Positions 7,079 to 9,000 of a stretch of DNA of 9,000 bases are shown one piece after another. The notes below the pieces were generated by a model. It saw only the letters and a list, made by a program, of their open reading frames with translations, had not been told where the DNA came from and ran no database searches. The DNA comes from Perkinsela sp. CCAP 1560/9 (Eukaryota; Protista; Euglenozoa: Kinetoplastea), in contig CBFFSA010000096.1 of assembly GCA_965644495.1 (NCBI GenBank), positions 1 to 9,000 of the forward strand, read 5' to 3'. Position numbers and translations under genes: made by a program. Positions within the stretch are counted from its first letter, which is position 1. Each line of letters begins with the position of its first letter.

Positions 7079-8148
7079 GATGATGGGCCTTGCGCTTGAG
7101 TTGAGTTAAGCTGATAGGTTACCACAGCTTGGCGATGCGCTTTAAGTGTTTTTGAAAAATGATGCGATCCATCACCTTTGGCAACATAGTAATAATAATC
7201 CGTTTGTGCCGGATGTAATGCTGCATCCAGTGCATCAGCGCTGACTAATGCAATCGGCGTTGGTGGCAAACCTCTATGCAAGTAGGTATTATACGCCGTT
7301 TTCTGGCGTAGATCGGCACGTGTTAGTTTGACTTTGGGTTGCACTAATTGACGATTAATACCGTATAACACAGCCGCATCAATTTGCAACGGCATACGAT
7401 CGCGCAATCGATTCAACATCACACTGGCAATCAAACGCCTTTCATCTGCAATGCTAGCTTCCTTTTCAATTAATGATGCCAAGATTAAGGCATAATATGG
7501 GGTTGGATATGGCAAATTAGTATCACGAGTTTGCCAAGCATCAGCTAACTGTTGTTGCATGCGTTGATAAGCCCGTTGCAAAAACTCATAGGCAGTGGTT
7601 CCCTTTGGAAACGCATAAGTATCTGGATAAAACAACCCTTCAAGGCTTGAGTGCGATACTGAAAATTCGGTGCTAATCGTTTTGAGTAATTGTTCTGTTG
7701 AATCGGTATGGGTTAAATTGGGATTTGCCCTCACTGCATTGAGTAATTCTGTTATTGTCCAGCCCTCAACAAGCGTTAACAAATGCTGCAGTACATCGCC
7801 TTGGGTCAATTGATCTAATACCATTGTAGGTGTTGCTTGATACGATAAAGCATACTCTCCCGCTTGTAAATCATGGGTTCGATTAGTAAAGCATGCATAC
7901 AACACAAAATAATTTGGATGGGTTAAATAACCACGTTGTTGTAACTGTTGTGCAACCTGCGACATACTCATGCCAGGTAATAATTCAATGAGTACCGTTT
8001 CATCATTGTTAGTTGTCATTGTTGTTGGCGTTAATAACGGTGTGTGCAGGAAATAGGTAAAACGTATGATATGTGACAATACAAAGCCGATTAAGATAAG
8101 TCCAATGCCAAGCAACACGTATCCCAAGAAGACTGTTAACTTTCGCAT
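7075..8148 (-). CDS. mltG: Endolytic peptidoglycan transglycosylase MltG (YceG)
   Basis: N-terminal TM anchor, LQAGEY, LTLVEG, LEGLFYPDTY, ILASLIEKE (catalytic Glu region), NRL...MPLQID, YNTY...GLPPTPI, YYVAKGDGSHHFSKTL. Confidence 0.95.
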   Translation of the reverse strand: MRKLTVFLGYVLLGIGLILIGFVLSHIIRFTYFLHTPLLTPTTMTTNNDETVLIELLPGMSMSQVAQQLQQRGYLTHPNYFVLYACFTNRTHDLQAGEYALSYQATPTMVLDQLTQGDVLQHLLTLVEGWTITELLNAVRANPNLTHTDSTEQLLKTISTEFSVSHSSLEGLFYPDTYAFPKGTTAYEFLQRAYQRMQQQLADAWQTRDTNLPYPTPYYALILASLIEKEASIADERRLIASVMLNRLRDRMPLQIDAAVLYGINRQLVQPKVKLTRADLRQKTAYNTYLHRGLPPTPIALVSADALDAALHPAQTDYYYYVAKGDGSHHFSKTLKAHRQAVVTYQLNSTQAQGPSS

Positions 8149-8999
8149 TAAGTACCCTCAACTAATGGACAAAAACTATAAGGCGCCACCCATGATTGAC
8201 AGTGACGCACTACATCAGGAACTGGGTAACACTGTGGTACAGGCGTCTCAATGCGTGTTACCGGCCACACACCAATTAATGCATTCGTCATGAATATGGC
8301 ATCCGCATCGCGTAAATCCTGCGGTGTAATCGTTGTTTCAGTCACAGTGTAATGATGTGTGCGTAAACAGGCTAACACATGGGTACGCATCACCCCACGC
8401 ACGCCACTGTGATCGAGTAATGGGGTATAACAACATCCTGCTTTGATCATAAATACATTACTCTTCACACCGCTGACTACATTGCCTTGCCAATCACAAC
8501 ACCACCCTTCTTGTGCAGCGGGATATTCTTTGGCTAAAGTCGCTGCTGCTAACACATTCTCCAAACGATTAAGGTGTTTGATCCCGGCTAAGATAGGCTG
8601 CATGGTTAATGGGTATGCCAATGGTGCCAAACTGATCCCGGTTTGCCAATGGGTAAGTGGCCAATTCGGCCGTGGGTAAACACTGATGATCTGCTGTGCA
8701 GGTTTGCCAGTTTGAGGGAGATAACCACGACGATGGGCTGCACATTCATCACGAATAAAGGTAACTTTAATCACGCCATCTGGTTGATGTTGTGCAGCAG
8801 CACAGACATCTTGATAACACTGTTGCTCGTCGGGAATCGTAAAACACAATGCATCAGCAGCCTGTTGCAGGCGCGCCCAATGATACTGCCACAATTGCAC
8901 TTTGGCATTCAGTACAGCGATTGTGGTAAATACCCCATCACCGTATGCTAAACCACGATTGGGTAATGTAATGTGATCAGCAGGTTCGCCGTTAATAAA
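8148..8999 (-). CDS. pabC: Aminodeoxychorismate lyase (fold-type IV PLP enzyme); start just outside window
   Basis: The frame is open beyond 8900 to the edge: FINGEPADHITLPNRGLAYGDGVFTTI... Also HWARL, RGY, LAGIKHLNRLENVLA (PLP lysine), GVRGVMR, FMTNALIGVWPV. TAATG overlap with mltG and canonical synteny. Confidence 0.93.
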   Translation of the reverse strand, partial: FINGEPADHITLPNRGLAYGDGVFTTIAVLNAKVQLWQYHWARLQQAADALCFTIPDEQQCYQDVCAAAQHQPDGVIKVTFIRDECAAHRRGYLPQTGKPAQQIISVYPRPNWPLTHWQTGISLAPLAYPLTMQPILAGIKHLNRLENVLAAATLAKEYPAAQEGWCCDWQGNVVSGVKSNVFMIKAGCCYTPLLDHSGVRGVMRTHVLACLRTHHYTVTETTITPQDLRDADAIFMTNALIGVWPVTRIETPVPQCYPVPDVVRHCQSWVAPYSFCPLVEGT

Positions 9000-9000
9000 C

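Noticed and set aside
295-8951. Other short ORFs (295-537, 622-810, 2437-2649, 4450-4650, 6161-6391, 6475-6720, 8066-8293, 8443-8679, 8643-8951)
   Set aside because: All lie antisense within well-supported conserved genes and show no recognisable motifs.

Overview
AT-rich gammaproteobacterial-type chromosomal window. The right part (minus strand) is the conserved housekeeping cluster pabC-mltG-tmk-holB-pilZ-tatD. Both holB and pilZ are interrupted by a single extra base in an A/T homopolymer, and pilZ is therefore absent from the supplied ORF track. Downstream on the same strand come an orphan acidic lipoprotein, a ZIP-family metal transporter and a POT/PTR peptide transporter; the last meets an ACT-domain malic enzyme (+ strand, open at the left edge) stop-to-stop with no gap. 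The most striking non-coding signal is in the 199-bp ZIP-POT spacer: an exactly 127-bp, TA-bounded palindromic element (2885-3011) with ERIC architecture and loop motifs but extensively covaried stems. It is followed by a near-consensus sigma70 promoter and a hairpin/palindrome covering the POT ribosome-binding site.
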